In this document: positions 47,500 through 58,006 of the stretch, in pieces
How the letters are laid out: every line of letters begins with the position of its first letter
Numbering within the stretch: position 1 is the first letter of the stretch
Source: Alteromonas naphthalenivorans
GTDB taxonomy: Bacteria; Babelota; Babeliae; Babelales; CAIQNR01
Length of the DNA stretch: 64,000 nt
Direction of reading: 5' to 3'
NCBI GenBank assembly: GCA_047631715.1
Contig: JBLICC010000001.1
Span: 32,149 to 96,148 of the forward strand
The notes under the pieces: model-generated
What the model saw: only the letters and a program-made list of their open reading frames with translations
The model's database searches: none
Told to the model about the DNA's origin: nothing
Position numbers and translations under genes: made by a program

Positions 47500-48468
47500 A
47501 TGAAATATTCGGGCAATTTATTTACACTTTTGTTGTGTTTAATAGTTTCTCTTTCTCTGCATGGTGCTAATATAGGGCCAATCAGTCAATCAGCATCAAC
47601 CGAGAGTTTGGGTGGATTCTTTTCTGAATTTGCACGAGCAGGAGCTATTGTTGCAGTATTAAAGATGGTGCATGAGAATAATTATCCTAATACAGCATGT
47701 GTGCTTGGTTGTTATGTTGCAGTGAGTGAGCTTGAGCAAAAAAACTCTCAATTTTTTAATAGAACTATAAATATTGTTAAATCACCATGGGTATTTGCAC
47801 GTAAGCGTTGCGAGTTATTAGTGTGTGGCGGAGAGTCTCTTTCTTGGAACGAGCTTGTTACGTGGCGTAATCGAGTTATGAAGTTACTTTCTCCTTTAAC
47901 AAAGCAAGCAACAGTGGTTGATTTAAGCAAAGAAAAACGTCTGCGTCTTATTGATCAAGATGATAATGCCGAAGTTGTTCTTGATGAGCAATGGGCAGAG
48001 TATGCACAACATATAGATAAACAATTTTCGTTTATGGTTAAACGACTTGATAAGCATCTAAATTATTACCAAGATAAAAAAAATGTAGAATATAAAGATA
48101 CAAATATTGTTTATAAAATTATAGATCCTATTAAGGGAGCTATCAATGGTATTGGAAAAGCATTTATACGCGTTTCTATTAAGCGGGATGAAGAAGTTGC
48201 TTTTTATTTAGAAGAAATAAAAACATATTTACAAGAAATAATTGTGTATTCAAAGAACGTTAATCAATTATCTGATCTCGATAAAGATCGTGTTAAGCGA
48301 ACTATGAATAGTATTTGTGATGCATTTGAGCATGTTGCAACATTGATTGATGCCGATACTGCAGCTTCTGGAAGAAATGCGGTGGGCCAATTAACCGTAC
48401 AAAAAGAATCTACTGGTAATGCATATGCAGGTGGTTATGGTGGCTATGGTAATGTGGGTGCATTTTAA
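47500..48468 (+). CDS. Hypothetical secreted helical protein
   Basis: RBS AGGAG places the start at MKYSGN (47500). Signal peptide and Gly/Tyr tail. Confidence 0.7.
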   Translation: MKYSGNLFTLLLCLIVSLSLHGANIGPISQSASTESLGGFFSEFARAGAIVAVLKMVHENNYPNTACVLGCYVAVSELEQKNSQFFNRTINIVKSPWVFARKRCELLVCGGESLSWNELVTWRNRVMKLLSPLTKQATVVDLSKEKRLRLIDQDDNAEVVLDEQWAEYAQHIDKQFSFMVKRLDKHLNYYQDKKNVEYKDTNIVYKIIDPIKGAINGIGKAFIRVSIKRDEEVAFYLEEIKTYLQEIIVYSKNVNQLSDLDKDRVKRTMNSICDAFEHVATLIDADTAASGRNAVGQLTVQKESTGNAYAGGYGGYGNVGAF

Positions 48469-48487
48469 TTTAGGGATAGTTATTATT

Positions 48488-49501
48488 ATGATTAAGAATA
48501 AAGAAATAAAAAAGTTGTTATTATTTGTTTTGTTTGCCTTTTGTAGTTTTATGCAAGCAGATGAAGTGCAACAAGTGCCAAAAAAAATTGAAAGTATCAA
48601 TAGAGAATTAGTTGATTCTCATAAAATAAAAATTTCTGAAAAAATTACACGAAATAAATATGAGCGTATTGGTATATTATGTGCTTCAACAGCAGTGATA
48701 GCTGCACTTGGGTGGTATGCTCTTTCGGATTCTGAACTCGTTCCTGCTGATCAAGCACTTACACAAAATTCGAATCAAAAAATTGATGCGCTCTATAGAA
48801 ATAGTGAAAATATGCAAAAATATGCTGCAATTATAGCTGCACATGCATCAAAATCTAATACAATAAAACCTGATATTAAACCTACTTCTAAATTGAGGCA
48901 ATGGTGTTCAGGGGTATTGAGTTATAGTAAAAAAATGGGGCAAATGGCTGTAGATAATAGTGTATTAATGGTGTTTATGGCTGCTGTTCAGGTTGGTCCT
49001 ATAAAAAACTTATTTATACATTGGGGTAATAAGGTTAATGAGATAGGTGAATATGTATATTATGACGTAGACTTTCATTGGTTTGTAACAAAGCAAACGC
49101 AAGCGATTGCTTATTTTAATGATCTTGAACGTTCAGCTGAATTGTTACCTCTTGCATGTGATGCAGAAGAGCGTGAATACCAACGAGATTCTATGATGTG
49201 GGCTGGTGATATGTTGGTTAAACAATTAGCACGCGTTGTTGCTTTTATGGAATATCAGGCGCAAGAACTTAAAGTTCTTAATACTGGATGCAGTATTCAA
49301 ATGCAGGCATCTTCAAAATATGTGTATCGTCATGTTGAACAATTTAGTACAACATTACAAACAATGCTTGATGACCATACTAAACATGCAGAAATTCCTG
49401 CGTATATTAAATCATTTAGAAAACGTTTACGTTCTGAGCAAGATAGTTTCTGTGTAAATGAATATGCAGCTTTGTACGATATTTCTGACTCCGTAGCGTA
49501 A
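48488..49501 (+). CDS. Hypothetical secreted/membrane protein
   Basis: Likely start MIKNKEIKKLLLF. Signal peptide plus an internal hydrophobic segment. Confidence 0.7.
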   Translation: MIKNKEIKKLLLFVLFAFCSFMQADEVQQVPKKIESINRELVDSHKIKISEKITRNKYERIGILCASTAVIAALGWYALSDSELVPADQALTQNSNQKIDALYRNSENMQKYAAIIAAHASKSNTIKPDIKPTSKLRQWCSGVLSYSKKMGQMAVDNSVLMVFMAAVQVGPIKNLFIHWGNKVNEIGEYVYYDVDFHWFVTKQTQAIAYFNDLERSAELLPLACDAEEREYQRDSMMWAGDMLVKQLARVVAFMEYQAQELKVLNTGCSIQMQASSKYVYRHVEQFSTTLQTMLDDHTKHAEIPAYIKSFRKRLRSEQDSFCVNEYAALYDISDSVA

Positions 49502-49506
49502 GACAC

Positions 49507-50193
49507 ATGATTAATCGATGGGTATTTTGTATTGTTTTATGGGCTGTTTCTTGTTTAGAAGCTTCTGGACAAAAACAACAAATGCCCTTATTCGATTATT
49601 TAGTTGCAACAAGTAAAACACATTTTATTGAACCATCGTGGGTTTTGCCACTTTTTTTTTCTATGAATGTGAAAGAGTTCGATGCTTCTTGGGATTTTTT
49701 AACTACTCTTATTAAAGATAAACCTTGGTATTTAATTTGTTCAAACTATTCTGATTATTCTGAGTGTAAGCAGCGAGATGTTTTGATTGCTCATTGCAAG
49801 TCATACGATACCTTTTTGCAGCATCTTTTTGTAAATCCAAAAACGGGTGATATTCAGTTTTTTCAGGGACCTTCATCAAGTAAATCGTATATTTCTATTT
49901 ATGATTATTGGAAAAGAACACACAACAAAAATGCTTCTCACTTTTATGCTTTTTATTTTGATCGTATTGCTGCTACGTATATAGAGGCCACTAATAATGC
50001 TTTTCTAAATATTGATCATGCTGATTATAGTAACTACTTACAAAGGGCTGGTAGAGATTTAGGTGTTTTGTATTGTGTATTACATTGTTTGACGAACAGT
50101 TCTTATGAGGTACGTTATAGTGCGCATATTAAACAGTATCAAGAAGTGCGCCAGTTGCTTATAGAAGAAAAGCGTATGTTGGATGAGTTATGA
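49507..50193 (+). CDS. Hypothetical secreted protein
   Basis: 228 aa with a signal peptide; ATGA overlap with the next gene. Confidence 0.7.
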   Translation: MINRWVFCIVLWAVSCLEASGQKQQMPLFDYLVATSKTHFIEPSWVLPLFFSMNVKEFDASWDFLTTLIKDKPWYLICSNYSDYSECKQRDVLIAHCKSYDTFLQHLFVNPKTGDIQFFQGPSSSKSYISIYDYWKRTHNKNASHFYAFYFDRIAATYIEATNNAFLNIDHADYSNYLQRAGRDLGVLYCVLHCLTNSSYEVRYSAHIKQYQEVRQLLIEEKRMLDEL

Positions 50194-53030
50194 TTAAGAA
50201 AAACTTGCTCGTATTTGTTTTACTATTCCCCTTTCTTCTTACCGCACAAGATCATCAAACAGAGTTTATAAAAAGTTTTGTAACACATTATGATTTTTCT
50301 CCAGAAGGGCGCTACACTCACGAGTATCATCCTTTTTTACTCAAGCAAACACGTGCAGGATTAGAGAAGTTTGAATCTTTTTTAGATACACGTGGGTTTG
50401 ATATTCAAGACCGTATTATAATTATGGGCTATCAACAAGAGGGTGTTCCTAGCTATTATTCTAATAATAACGCACATATTATTGATGATGAAATTTCGTT
50501 AAAGACAAAAAAGGGACGTATTGTTCCGGCTCATAATATTTTTGGTTTTTTAACTGGGTTCTTATTAAAAGATTGTAACTGGCTTCAAAAGAAATGGTTT
50601 TTAGATGAACCGTTATTAATAGAACATATACAACCTGAGCGTGTAGAGCTTTTCGATGACCAGGCATATTTGTTTCAAAAACATGCATTTGGAAGCAACT
50701 TTGGAGACATTCTTGCGGGCCGTAATAGCATAGAAAAAAGTTTAAAGAATCGTACTATTACACAAACGTTGCAGCAACTTACTTTTTTTTGGGAACAAGC
50801 CTATAACAAAGAATTAAAAAGTTGTGGGCAAGAAGTGCTGGCAACACAAGACATTTTATTCTCTGTTGATTATGCAAAGCATCTAACTAAGACGAAAATT
50901 CCTGTAAAGAAAATGTATGTAGGTCCTGACATTACCTATCCAATAGAAGTTTTACCTTTTCAAGAACAAGCAGTTACTGAATCTGCACAGTATTTTGTTA
51001 AACAGTTTACATCAACATTGCAAGCGCGTGATAATAAAAAGACAGCTTATGTATTTTGTAGTTTTGTTGATGGAGTAGGCAAAAGTACTCTTTTGGGTAA
51101 TGTTATTAACTATGCGCAACATGGTGATAACATTAAAAATTATGAACGTGTTGATAATTCATCTTCGCAACGAGGAACATTGTATTCATTAGAAGACGAT
51201 GTTTTTATTATGGATCTTCCTGCGCAACTAAGCCACTGGGTAAGTAAACCAGATGGGTATGTGTTTGTTGATGTTGGTTCTGTTAAAGAAGTAACTCAAA
51301 CAGAACGGCATACTCTTGCCATACACTTAAAAGATGCATGTAAAAAATATATAAATAATTTTGAAAAGCGTTTACAATGCAAAAATCTTACTCAAAGTAA
51401 TTATGATGTGTACGTTAAAAACGCGCAATTGTTTGATCCCGAAGATCGATGGATTCCATTTGAACAGGGCGAGCATTTATTTTTGTTTAATGAGTATGAC
51501 AATTCAAAAATAAAAATCTTAGTTCCTCTTGAGGGTGTTCATTCTCGAGGGTTAAAAACAGTGCAACCAGAACAAATGTTGTTTACTAAGGGATTATTAC
51601 TGCCAATGCAATATGATGCATTTGTAGAAGATATTGCACAGCAATTTAAAACTGCAGGAATAGAAAAATTAGTTTTTGTAGATTTTTTGAGTATGTATCC
51701 TCGTTCTTCTCGAGAAAATGTGCGTATTAATTTTTTGATGCAGCAGTTACGAACATTGTTTCCTAATGAGTTTCGTGTACAAGAAAGTCTTTATAAATCA
51801 TTTATAAATCGTGGCCCAGAGCTTTATCATCTTTTATCTCAGTTTCAATCAAATGTTACTCAAGCATTGTATCTAGAAACAATTGTTCGAACAGCGCTCT
51901 ATAATTTATTTAAAGAACAAAGCAGTGGAGATGTTGTATCTCTTTCTGAAAGCAGCGTTACACAAGCACTTAATAAAGAAGTGAAAAATGTTTTGAGTAA
52001 TCATCAAGAATTATTACAAACAATTACCACTAAAAAAGTTGAAGAAGAATACAATGCACTTAAAAAATATGCTCATGATAAAAATTATGAAGTATTTGTA
52101 CGATTCTCTTTTGAGCCTTTGGTAGCATTTTCGCAATTTATGGAACAACTTTTTAGTCATGATATAGATAATAAACATATTCATGATTTATGGAGTGATA
52201 TAAAAAATCCATTAGTTATGAAAACAATGCATACGTGCGACAATGCCTGTAGAGACAGTGTTGTACTCAGCTCTATGCTCATTAACATTCGTGCACATTG
52301 GTATGCAGCATTAGGTAATTTATTGCATGCTGAGCAAGAAGAGATGGGTATGCTTACGTTAGAAAAACCAGAACATCATGTATCGCCTTTAGTAATTACA
52401 ACTGATGGGAAACAAGTTTCTGTATTGCAAAAACGTTTAATGCCGGCTGAAGATACTCCTCGTATATTGCCAAAAACATTACAAAAGTTTCAGAACTATG
52501 CGTTTTGTGGAGATTTAGAATGGGGATTATTTAATGATATCCCTCATTGCTTAGAGTGGAAGAATTCAGAAACATATTGGGGCATTTATGCTTTTGGATG
52601 TAGCTATGAAGTAAATGGTTTGCTTCGTAACCAGTTACAGAAATATGAAAAAGAATCACGATTAGAAGGCTTGGAGAATGTTGCGCTTACTAGTTTGCAA
52701 GTATACGAACAGTTAGAGCAAACAGGTATGTGGCAAGAAGCTGCACGTACAATGAATAGTAATACTCCAAAAAAAATACAGTATAATTCAAAGCAATATC
52801 ATGCATTGCAGCTTTGGGTTCGTGCAATTGCAACGTTAGAGATGATTGCAAAGGATCCGCAAGTTTGGATTATGACGCGTAAAGGTAATAAGCAAGATTT
52901 TGCTGCAACAGTGCAATTACTTGAACGTATAATACTTGTAAAATACTTTGGTATTACATTAGAAAAGCCATTGTTTACAGATTACTCTCTCGTGCAACCT
53001 GTTATTCCATGGGATGTGATTCAGAAATAA
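50190..53030 (+). CDS. Large secreted protein with a P-loop NTPase motif
   Basis: Signal peptide MIKKNLLVFVLLFPFLLTA. YVFCSFVDGVGKSTLL (Walker A-like) and later FIMDLPA. Confidence 0.7.
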   Translation: MIKKNLLVFVLLFPFLLTAQDHQTEFIKSFVTHYDFSPEGRYTHEYHPFLLKQTRAGLEKFESFLDTRGFDIQDRIIIMGYQQEGVPSYYSNNNAHIIDDEISLKTKKGRIVPAHNIFGFLTGFLLKDCNWLQKKWFLDEPLLIEHIQPERVELFDDQAYLFQKHAFGSNFGDILAGRNSIEKSLKNRTITQTLQQLTFFWEQAYNKELKSCGQEVLATQDILFSVDYAKHLTKTKIPVKKMYVGPDITYPIEVLPFQEQAVTESAQYFVKQFTSTLQARDNKKTAYVFCSFVDGVGKSTLLGNVINYAQHGDNIKNYERVDNSSSQRGTLYSLEDDVFIMDLPAQLSHWVSKPDGYVFVDVGSVKEVTQTERHTLAIHLKDACKKYINNFEKRLQCKNLTQSNYDVYVKNAQLFDPEDRWIPFEQGEHLFLFNEYDNSKIKILVPLEGVHSRGLKTVQPEQMLFTKGLLLPMQYDAFVEDIAQQFKTAGIEKLVFVDFLSMYPRSSRENVRINFLMQQLRTLFPNEFRVQESLYKSFINRGPELYHLLSQFQSNVTQALYLETIVRTALYNLFKEQSSGDVVSLSESSVTQALNKEVKNVLSNHQELLQTITTKKVEEEYNALKKYAHDKNYEVFVRFSFEPLVAFSQFMEQLFSHDIDNKHIHDLWSDIKNPLVMKTMHTCDNACRDSVVLSSMLINIRAHWYAALGNLLHAEQEEMGMLTLEKPEHHVSPLVITTDGKQVSVLQKRLMPAEDTPRILPKTLQKFQNYAFCGDLEWGLFNDIPHCLEWKNSETYWGIYAFGCSYEVNGLLRNQLQKYEKESRLEGLENVALTSLQVYEQLEQTGMWQEAARTMNSNTPKKIQYNSKQYHALQLWVRAIATLEMIAKDPQVWIMTRKGNKQDFAATVQLLERIILVKYFGITLEKPLFTDYSLVQPVIPWDVIQK

Positions 53031-53048
53031 TTACTTTTTCTGTTGTTA

Positions 53049-53444
53049 TTATCTTGAACATATTGCGTAATTTCGTCTTCCATGAAAATTCATATTTTTA
53101 TGGGCAGTATCGAAAAAAACTGAATTTTTATTGCTTACTTTTTTTACTTTTTCAAAAAATTTGTTCATAGCTTTTTCTTGTTTTTTAACTTGTTTTTCAG
53201 AAGCTTCGCTGTTTTCTAAATGAATAAGTCCATTGATTATGGCGTCTTGTTGTTTTTCTACAGATAATCGAGCAGCATCTAAAACTGAACCTGTATGGTC
53301 ATTATGAAGTACTAAAACATGTTGTAAGAGTTGGTTTTGGGGAATCTGTTTAGATATGTTAAAAAGTACTTTTTTAAAAGGTGCACAACTAAAAATTTGA
53401 TTTACAGAAAAAAAAAGTATTAACAAAATAAAAAATTTGTTCAT
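53049..53444 (-). CDS. Hypothetical secreted protein
   Basis: 131 aa with a signal peptide ending in IFS-C. Confidence 0.6.
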   Translation of the reverse strand: MNKFFILLILFFSVNQIFSCAPFKKVLFNISKQIPQNQLLQHVLVLHNDHTGSVLDAARLSVEKQQDAIINGLIHLENSEASEKQVKKQEKAMNKFFEKVKKVSNKNSVFFDTAHKNMNFHGRRNYAICSR

Positions 53445-53539
53445 AATAACCTACACAGATATGATAATGTAATGATAATTCTAATAGTAGAATAAACTAA
53501 TAAAACATAACTACAAGGCTCTTATTTTTTTAGTTATAA

Positions 53540-54337
53540 TTATTTCTGTTTTTTAAGCACCGATGTTTTTTTGATTTTTGCTTTAAAAGATCTCTTGGGA
53601 GGAGTTGCTTCTTTTATAGGATCAATGGTTTTTGCATTTTCTCTCATCATCTTAACAACTTCTACTCTACGTAGATCGCGCCATTCACCTTGAGCTAAAC
53701 CTTTTTTGGTAATACCAGCAAAGTTAATACGCTCAAGTTTTTTAGGAGTGTAGCCTAAAGATTCAAAGATACGACGAACAATTCTGGTTCTACCACTATG
53801 CAAAGTAACTTTTACTTTTGCTTTATTATAACCTTGTTCAACTTCATCAAGCTTAATAGGGCCATCTTTTAGATGAAGTCCACGCTTAATTTTGATTAAA
53901 TCAGTATTTTTAAGAGGTTGATCAAGTGTTATTTGGTAAACCTTTTTAACCTTATACTTTGGATGTGCAAGCTTATTTGATAGTTCTCCATCATTAGTTA
54001 AAAGAATAATACCAGTGGTATGAGTATCCAAACGACCAATAGGAAAAACTCGAGTTTTAAACTCTTTGCCTAAAAGATCAATAATAGTCGGTCTATTATG
54101 AGGATCTTTAAGGGTAGTAACTGCACCGATAGGCTTATTCATAGCTATATAAACAGGTTTGTCAGGTACAATTTTTATAATTTTCTTTTTAAAACGAATG
54201 GTGTCTTTAGGCTTGATTTCATATGAAGGAACCCGTACATCCCAGTGATTTACAGTGATATCACCCATCTTAATAAGCTCCATAGCCTTACGACGTGAGC
54301 ATAAACCGGTTTGTGCAACGAATACATTTAACTTCAT
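53540..54337 (-). CDS. rRNA pseudouridine synthase (RsuA/RluB family)
   Basis: S4 domain GLCSRRKA, MNKPIG, catalytic IGRLDTHTTG, LAHPKY, GEWRDL. Confidence 0.93.
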   Translation of the reverse strand: MKLNVFVAQTGLCSRRKAMELIKMGDITVNHWDVRVPSYEIKPKDTIRFKKKIIKIVPDKPVYIAMNKPIGAVTTLKDPHNRPTIIDLLGKEFKTRVFPIGRLDTHTTGIILLTNDGELSNKLAHPKYKVKKVYQITLDQPLKNTDLIKIKRGLHLKDGPIKLDEVEQGYNKAKVKVTLHSGRTRIVRRIFESLGYTPKKLERINFAGITKKGLAQGEWRDLRRVEVVKMMRENAKTIDPIKEATPPKRSFKAKIKKTSVLKKQK

Positions 54338-54563
54338 AGGGCCCTTAACAATAATTCTATTTGTATTGATATATATAGTGTGTATTTACTCATAACTTTC
54401 ATTATTACTTATAACACGTACTTAGTATAGCATTTATGAGGGGAATGTGGAGTGGTGGTTTAAATTGGAGATTATAAAAATTATATATAGTATTATCGTT
54501 TGTTTTGTGCACTGTAGATTTTTTAATTGATATTTTATTTAATATTACTTTTTGGGACATTAT

Positions 54564-54965
54564 ATGAAGTTATTAATTACACTTTTGTTCTTAACGCTTT
54601 TTTCTTGTTCTTCTTATGCAGCAGATGAAAAAATATTAGAATCAAATAGAAAAAAGCCATTAATAGAAATTACTCATTGGATGCGTGTTAAACATTCAGT
54701 TTATGGATTACGTCCTTTAGTTGATACAAGTGTAGAACTGGGTAGCTCTTTTTGGAAAATAGGAATTGCTGCGTATAGTGCCGCTAGTCGTTATGCTCAA
54801 GGTGATGATTTATCAAAACAATCAGTAGAAACGAGTCGTCCACCAACGCCAATTCTTGAATCTCAAGAAGGATTTGTAAGAATTGATACAGAGAGAGACG
54901 CGCCACAGCTATATGATAATGGCGATGACAGTAATCGTTTGGTGTACCCTGGGGATAAAAAGTAG
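54564..54965 (+). CDS. Hypothetical secreted protein
   Basis: Likely start MKLLITLLF, followed by a signal peptide. Confidence 0.6.
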   Translation: MKLLITLLFLTLFSCSSYAADEKILESNRKKPLIEITHWMRVKHSVYGLRPLVDTSVELGSSFWKIGIAAYSAASRYAQGDDLSKQSVETSRPPTPILESQEGFVRIDTERDAPQLYDNGDDSNRLVYPGDKK

Positions 54966-55039
54966 AACGTTATTAGTTAAAAATTATTTTTAAAGATGTG
55001 CAATTTGTGTGCATCTTTTTTTTTTGGTATTTTATACGT

Positions 55040-57631
55040 ATGAAGAAACCAACTCCGTTGATGCAGCAGTATCATACCATTAAATCTGACTACCCTGATT
55101 TCCTTGTATTTTTTCAAGTAGGGGATTTTTTTGAACTTTTTTTTGATGATGCAAAAAATGCATCTGCTTTTTTGGGTATTGCCCTTACTAAGCGTGGCAA
55201 AGACAAGGGTGAAGACATTCCATTGTGCGGGGTGCCCGTTCATGCGCTAGATCATCATTTAACCAAACTTGTTAAAGGTGGCTTTTGTGTAGTTATTTGT
55301 GAACAGCTTGAACCGCCAAGACCAGGAACTATTGTTAAACGGGGTGTTACTAAAGTATTAACACCGGGAACATTAACAGATGAAAAGCTGTTGGATGACA
55401 AGTCTGCATCGTATGTTATGTCATTTGTATCGGTTAACAATAAATGGGCTTTATTGTTTGGTGAGTTATTAACAGCGCAGTTATATGCAACAACGTTTGA
55501 GGCAGGGTCTTCAAAAATTTTAGAAGCAGAGCTTGCACGATTTTTTCCTGATGAAGTTTTATTGACCGACGACGATATAGGAAACACGTTTGCAAAGCTG
55601 TTTAAAAAACAAGGATATTTTGTAAGTTCTATCACCCCGAGCGATGATATGAATCAGTGGGCGCAAAAGCAATTGCAGCCAACTATTTGCGAAAGTATCA
55701 CTACTAATAAAGCATTAGAAAAAGCACTCAGTACATTCCACGCGTATCTTAAAAAAAATAATGAAGCTGCATTATCTGAGTTTACACAATTACATTTGTA
55801 TAGCCCTGATGATTTTATGGTGCTCGATCCTGCAACACAACGCAATTTAGAGTTAGTAAAAAATAATCAAGATGGTGGCCGATCTAATACACTGTTTGCG
55901 TTATTGGATACTGCAACAACAGCAATGGGTTCTCGTACACTTAAAAAATGGTTAGTGCGGCCGTTGCTTAATAAAAAAATGATTGATCATAGATTAGACG
56001 CAGTACAATTACTAAAATCTGATAATGCATTGTTACGGCAAACACAAACTGCATTACGATCTATAGGTGATGCGGAACGTATTATTGGGCGTATAGCATT
56101 AGGCCGTGGCACGTTGCATGATTATGTGCATTTACAACGAACGCTAGAAGTTGCACCAGAAATTAAAAAGACAGTAAAAAATACCGTAGCATTGTTACAT
56201 ACACTTAGTAATAACATTGGCGATTTTACAGAATTATATACGTTTTTATGTTCTGCACTTAACACAGACAGTATCAAAGATTGGATTATTAAAACCGGCT
56301 TTAATGGGCAACTTGATAGATATCGAGACTTGGTTAATAATAGCCAGCAGTCTATCCTAGCACTCGAAAAACAAGAACAAGCAGCAACAGGAATTAACTC
56401 GTTAAAAATTAGATATAATAGTGTGCAGGGTTATTACATAGAAGTTACAAAAGCTAATTTACATTTGGTTCCTGACAGGTATGTGCGTAGACAGACATTG
56501 GTTGGTAAAGAGCGCTATACTTATCCTCAACTGCAAGAATTGCAGCACGAGATTATGACTGCGCGTGGTCAATGCGATCAACTTGAACATGAACTGTTTG
56601 ATCAAGTAAAACAAAAAGTACGTCCACATGTTGGTCAGTTACGCAAAATGGCCCATGCACTTGGTCAGCTAGACGCTCTATTAGCATTGGGTATTTGTGC
56701 GTATGAACGTGGGTATACACGACCACAACTTTCTGACTCTCGAGATATTATTATTACCGAAGGCAAACATCCCGTTATAGAACAAAAATTAGGTTCTAGT
56801 TTTATTCCTAATAATACAAACTTAACAGACGAGCAATCGTTATGGGTTATTACGGGACCCAACATGGGTGGTAAATCTACCTACCTGCGTCAAGTTGCAC
56901 AGTTAAGCATTATGGCGCAATGTGGATCGTTTATACCTGTTCAATCTGCACAGTTACCATTGCTCGACCGCATCTTTACTCGTATTGGTGCATCGGACAA
57001 CGTGGCAGAAGGAAAAAGTACCTTCTTGGTAGAGATGGAAGAAACCGCACATATTTGCCAGTATGCTACGCAAAACAGTTTAGTTATCTTAGACGAAGTG
57101 GGCCGAGGAACCAGCACGTTTGATGGCCTTGCTATTGCGCAAGCGGTTATAGAATATTTATATACGCATGTAAAAGCCCGTTGTTTATTTGCTACACATT
57201 ATCATGAACTCACTACGCTACAAGAGCAGTTTACTGGTATTACAAGTTATTATGCAGCAAGTAAGAAAACTAACGAAGGCATTGTGTTTCTTCATAAAAT
57301 AGAACGTGGAGTGGCAGATGGCAGCTTTGGTTTAGATGTTGCGCATCTTGCCCACTTACCAGAAGTGGTTATAACCCGTGCTCGCCAAGTAGTCCAAGAG
57401 CTCTCCATGCAAAATACACCAGAACGAGTTGCTTCAAGTATACCGAGTCACCCTGAGTGGCGCGAACAGAGTGAGCGTTGTATCGAAGGGTCGAAGGATA
57501 ATTCAGAATTGCTTAAACTTCGTTCCGAGATTACTAATCTCAAAAAACAACTCGATGGACTCAAGTCATTAGATTTCGATAACTTGTCGCCTAAAAAAGC
57601 CTTTGATCTTTTATGGCAATTTAAAGACTAA
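55040..57631 (+). CDS. mutS: DNA mismatch repair protein MutS
   Basis: Likely start MKKPTPLMQQY. GDFFELF, TGPNMGGKSTYLRQ, STFLVEM, LDEVGRGTSTFDG, FATHYHEL. Confidence 0.97.
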   Translation: MKKPTPLMQQYHTIKSDYPDFLVFFQVGDFFELFFDDAKNASAFLGIALTKRGKDKGEDIPLCGVPVHALDHHLTKLVKGGFCVVICEQLEPPRPGTIVKRGVTKVLTPGTLTDEKLLDDKSASYVMSFVSVNNKWALLFGELLTAQLYATTFEAGSSKILEAELARFFPDEVLLTDDDIGNTFAKLFKKQGYFVSSITPSDDMNQWAQKQLQPTICESITTNKALEKALSTFHAYLKKNNEAALSEFTQLHLYSPDDFMVLDPATQRNLELVKNNQDGGRSNTLFALLDTATTAMGSRTLKKWLVRPLLNKKMIDHRLDAVQLLKSDNALLRQTQTALRSIGDAERIIGRIALGRGTLHDYVHLQRTLEVAPEIKKTVKNTVALLHTLSNNIGDFTELYTFLCSALNTDSIKDWIIKTGFNGQLDRYRDLVNNSQQSILALEKQEQAATGINSLKIRYNSVQGYYIEVTKANLHLVPDRYVRRQTLVGKERYTYPQLQELQHEIMTARGQCDQLEHELFDQVKQKVRPHVGQLRKMAHALGQLDALLALGICAYERGYTRPQLSDSRDIIITEGKHPVIEQKLGSSFIPNNTNLTDEQSLWVITGPNMGGKSTYLRQVAQLSIMAQCGSFIPVQSAQLPLLDRIFTRIGASDNVAEGKSTFLVEMEETAHICQYATQNSLVILDEVGRGTSTFDGLAIAQAVIEYLYTHVKARCLFATHYHELTTLQEQFTGITSYYAASKKTNEGIVFLHKIERGVADGSFGLDVAHLAHLPEVVITRARQVVQELSMQNTPERVASSIPSHPEWREQSERCIEGSKDNSELLKLRSEITNLKKQLDGLKSLDFDNLSPKKAFDLLWQFKD
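57445..57497 (+). repeat. REP-like element in frame inside mutS
   Basis: GAGTCACCCTGAGTGGCGC...GCGTTGTATCGAAGGGTCGAAGG, translated as SHPEWREQSERCIEGSK. Confidence 0.85.
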
Positions 57632-57639
57632 ATATTATA

Positions 57640-57872
57640 TAAGGTGTCTCTCGATACAATTTTATCCTGAGTGATTCTGTTAAGAATAGTATCGAAGGGC
57701 GAGATGAACTTTATAACTTTATAACTATACATTGAGTCATCCTGAGTGGTTTTTGAGCAAATGTGAAAAAATTGTATCGAAGGATAATAGAGAACGAATT
57801 ACATACTTCGACCCATTCGATACAATTCCTAACAGAATCACTCAGGATAAAATTGTATCGAGAGACACCTTA
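57640..57872. mobile_element. MITE/REPIN-like element with long terminal inverted repeats
   Basis: 57640-57682 is the exact reverse complement of 57830-57872 (43 bp, TA at both ends). The element encloses three REP-like units. Confidence 0.65.
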
Positions 57873-58006
57873 AAAAATTATAATTTTTTAAACTTAAATA
57901 TTCTCATAATAAGCTCAGGGTTAACTTATTGTTGATTTTAAGTATCCAATTTTGCTAAGCTCAAATCTATAGTAATAAATGGAATTTCTAAAAAATGGAG
58001 AGAGTT

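Noticed and set aside
57732..57935. 67-aa ORF (and the 60-aa ORF at 46025-46207)
   Set aside because: Both are translations of the palindromic repeat and have no RBS.
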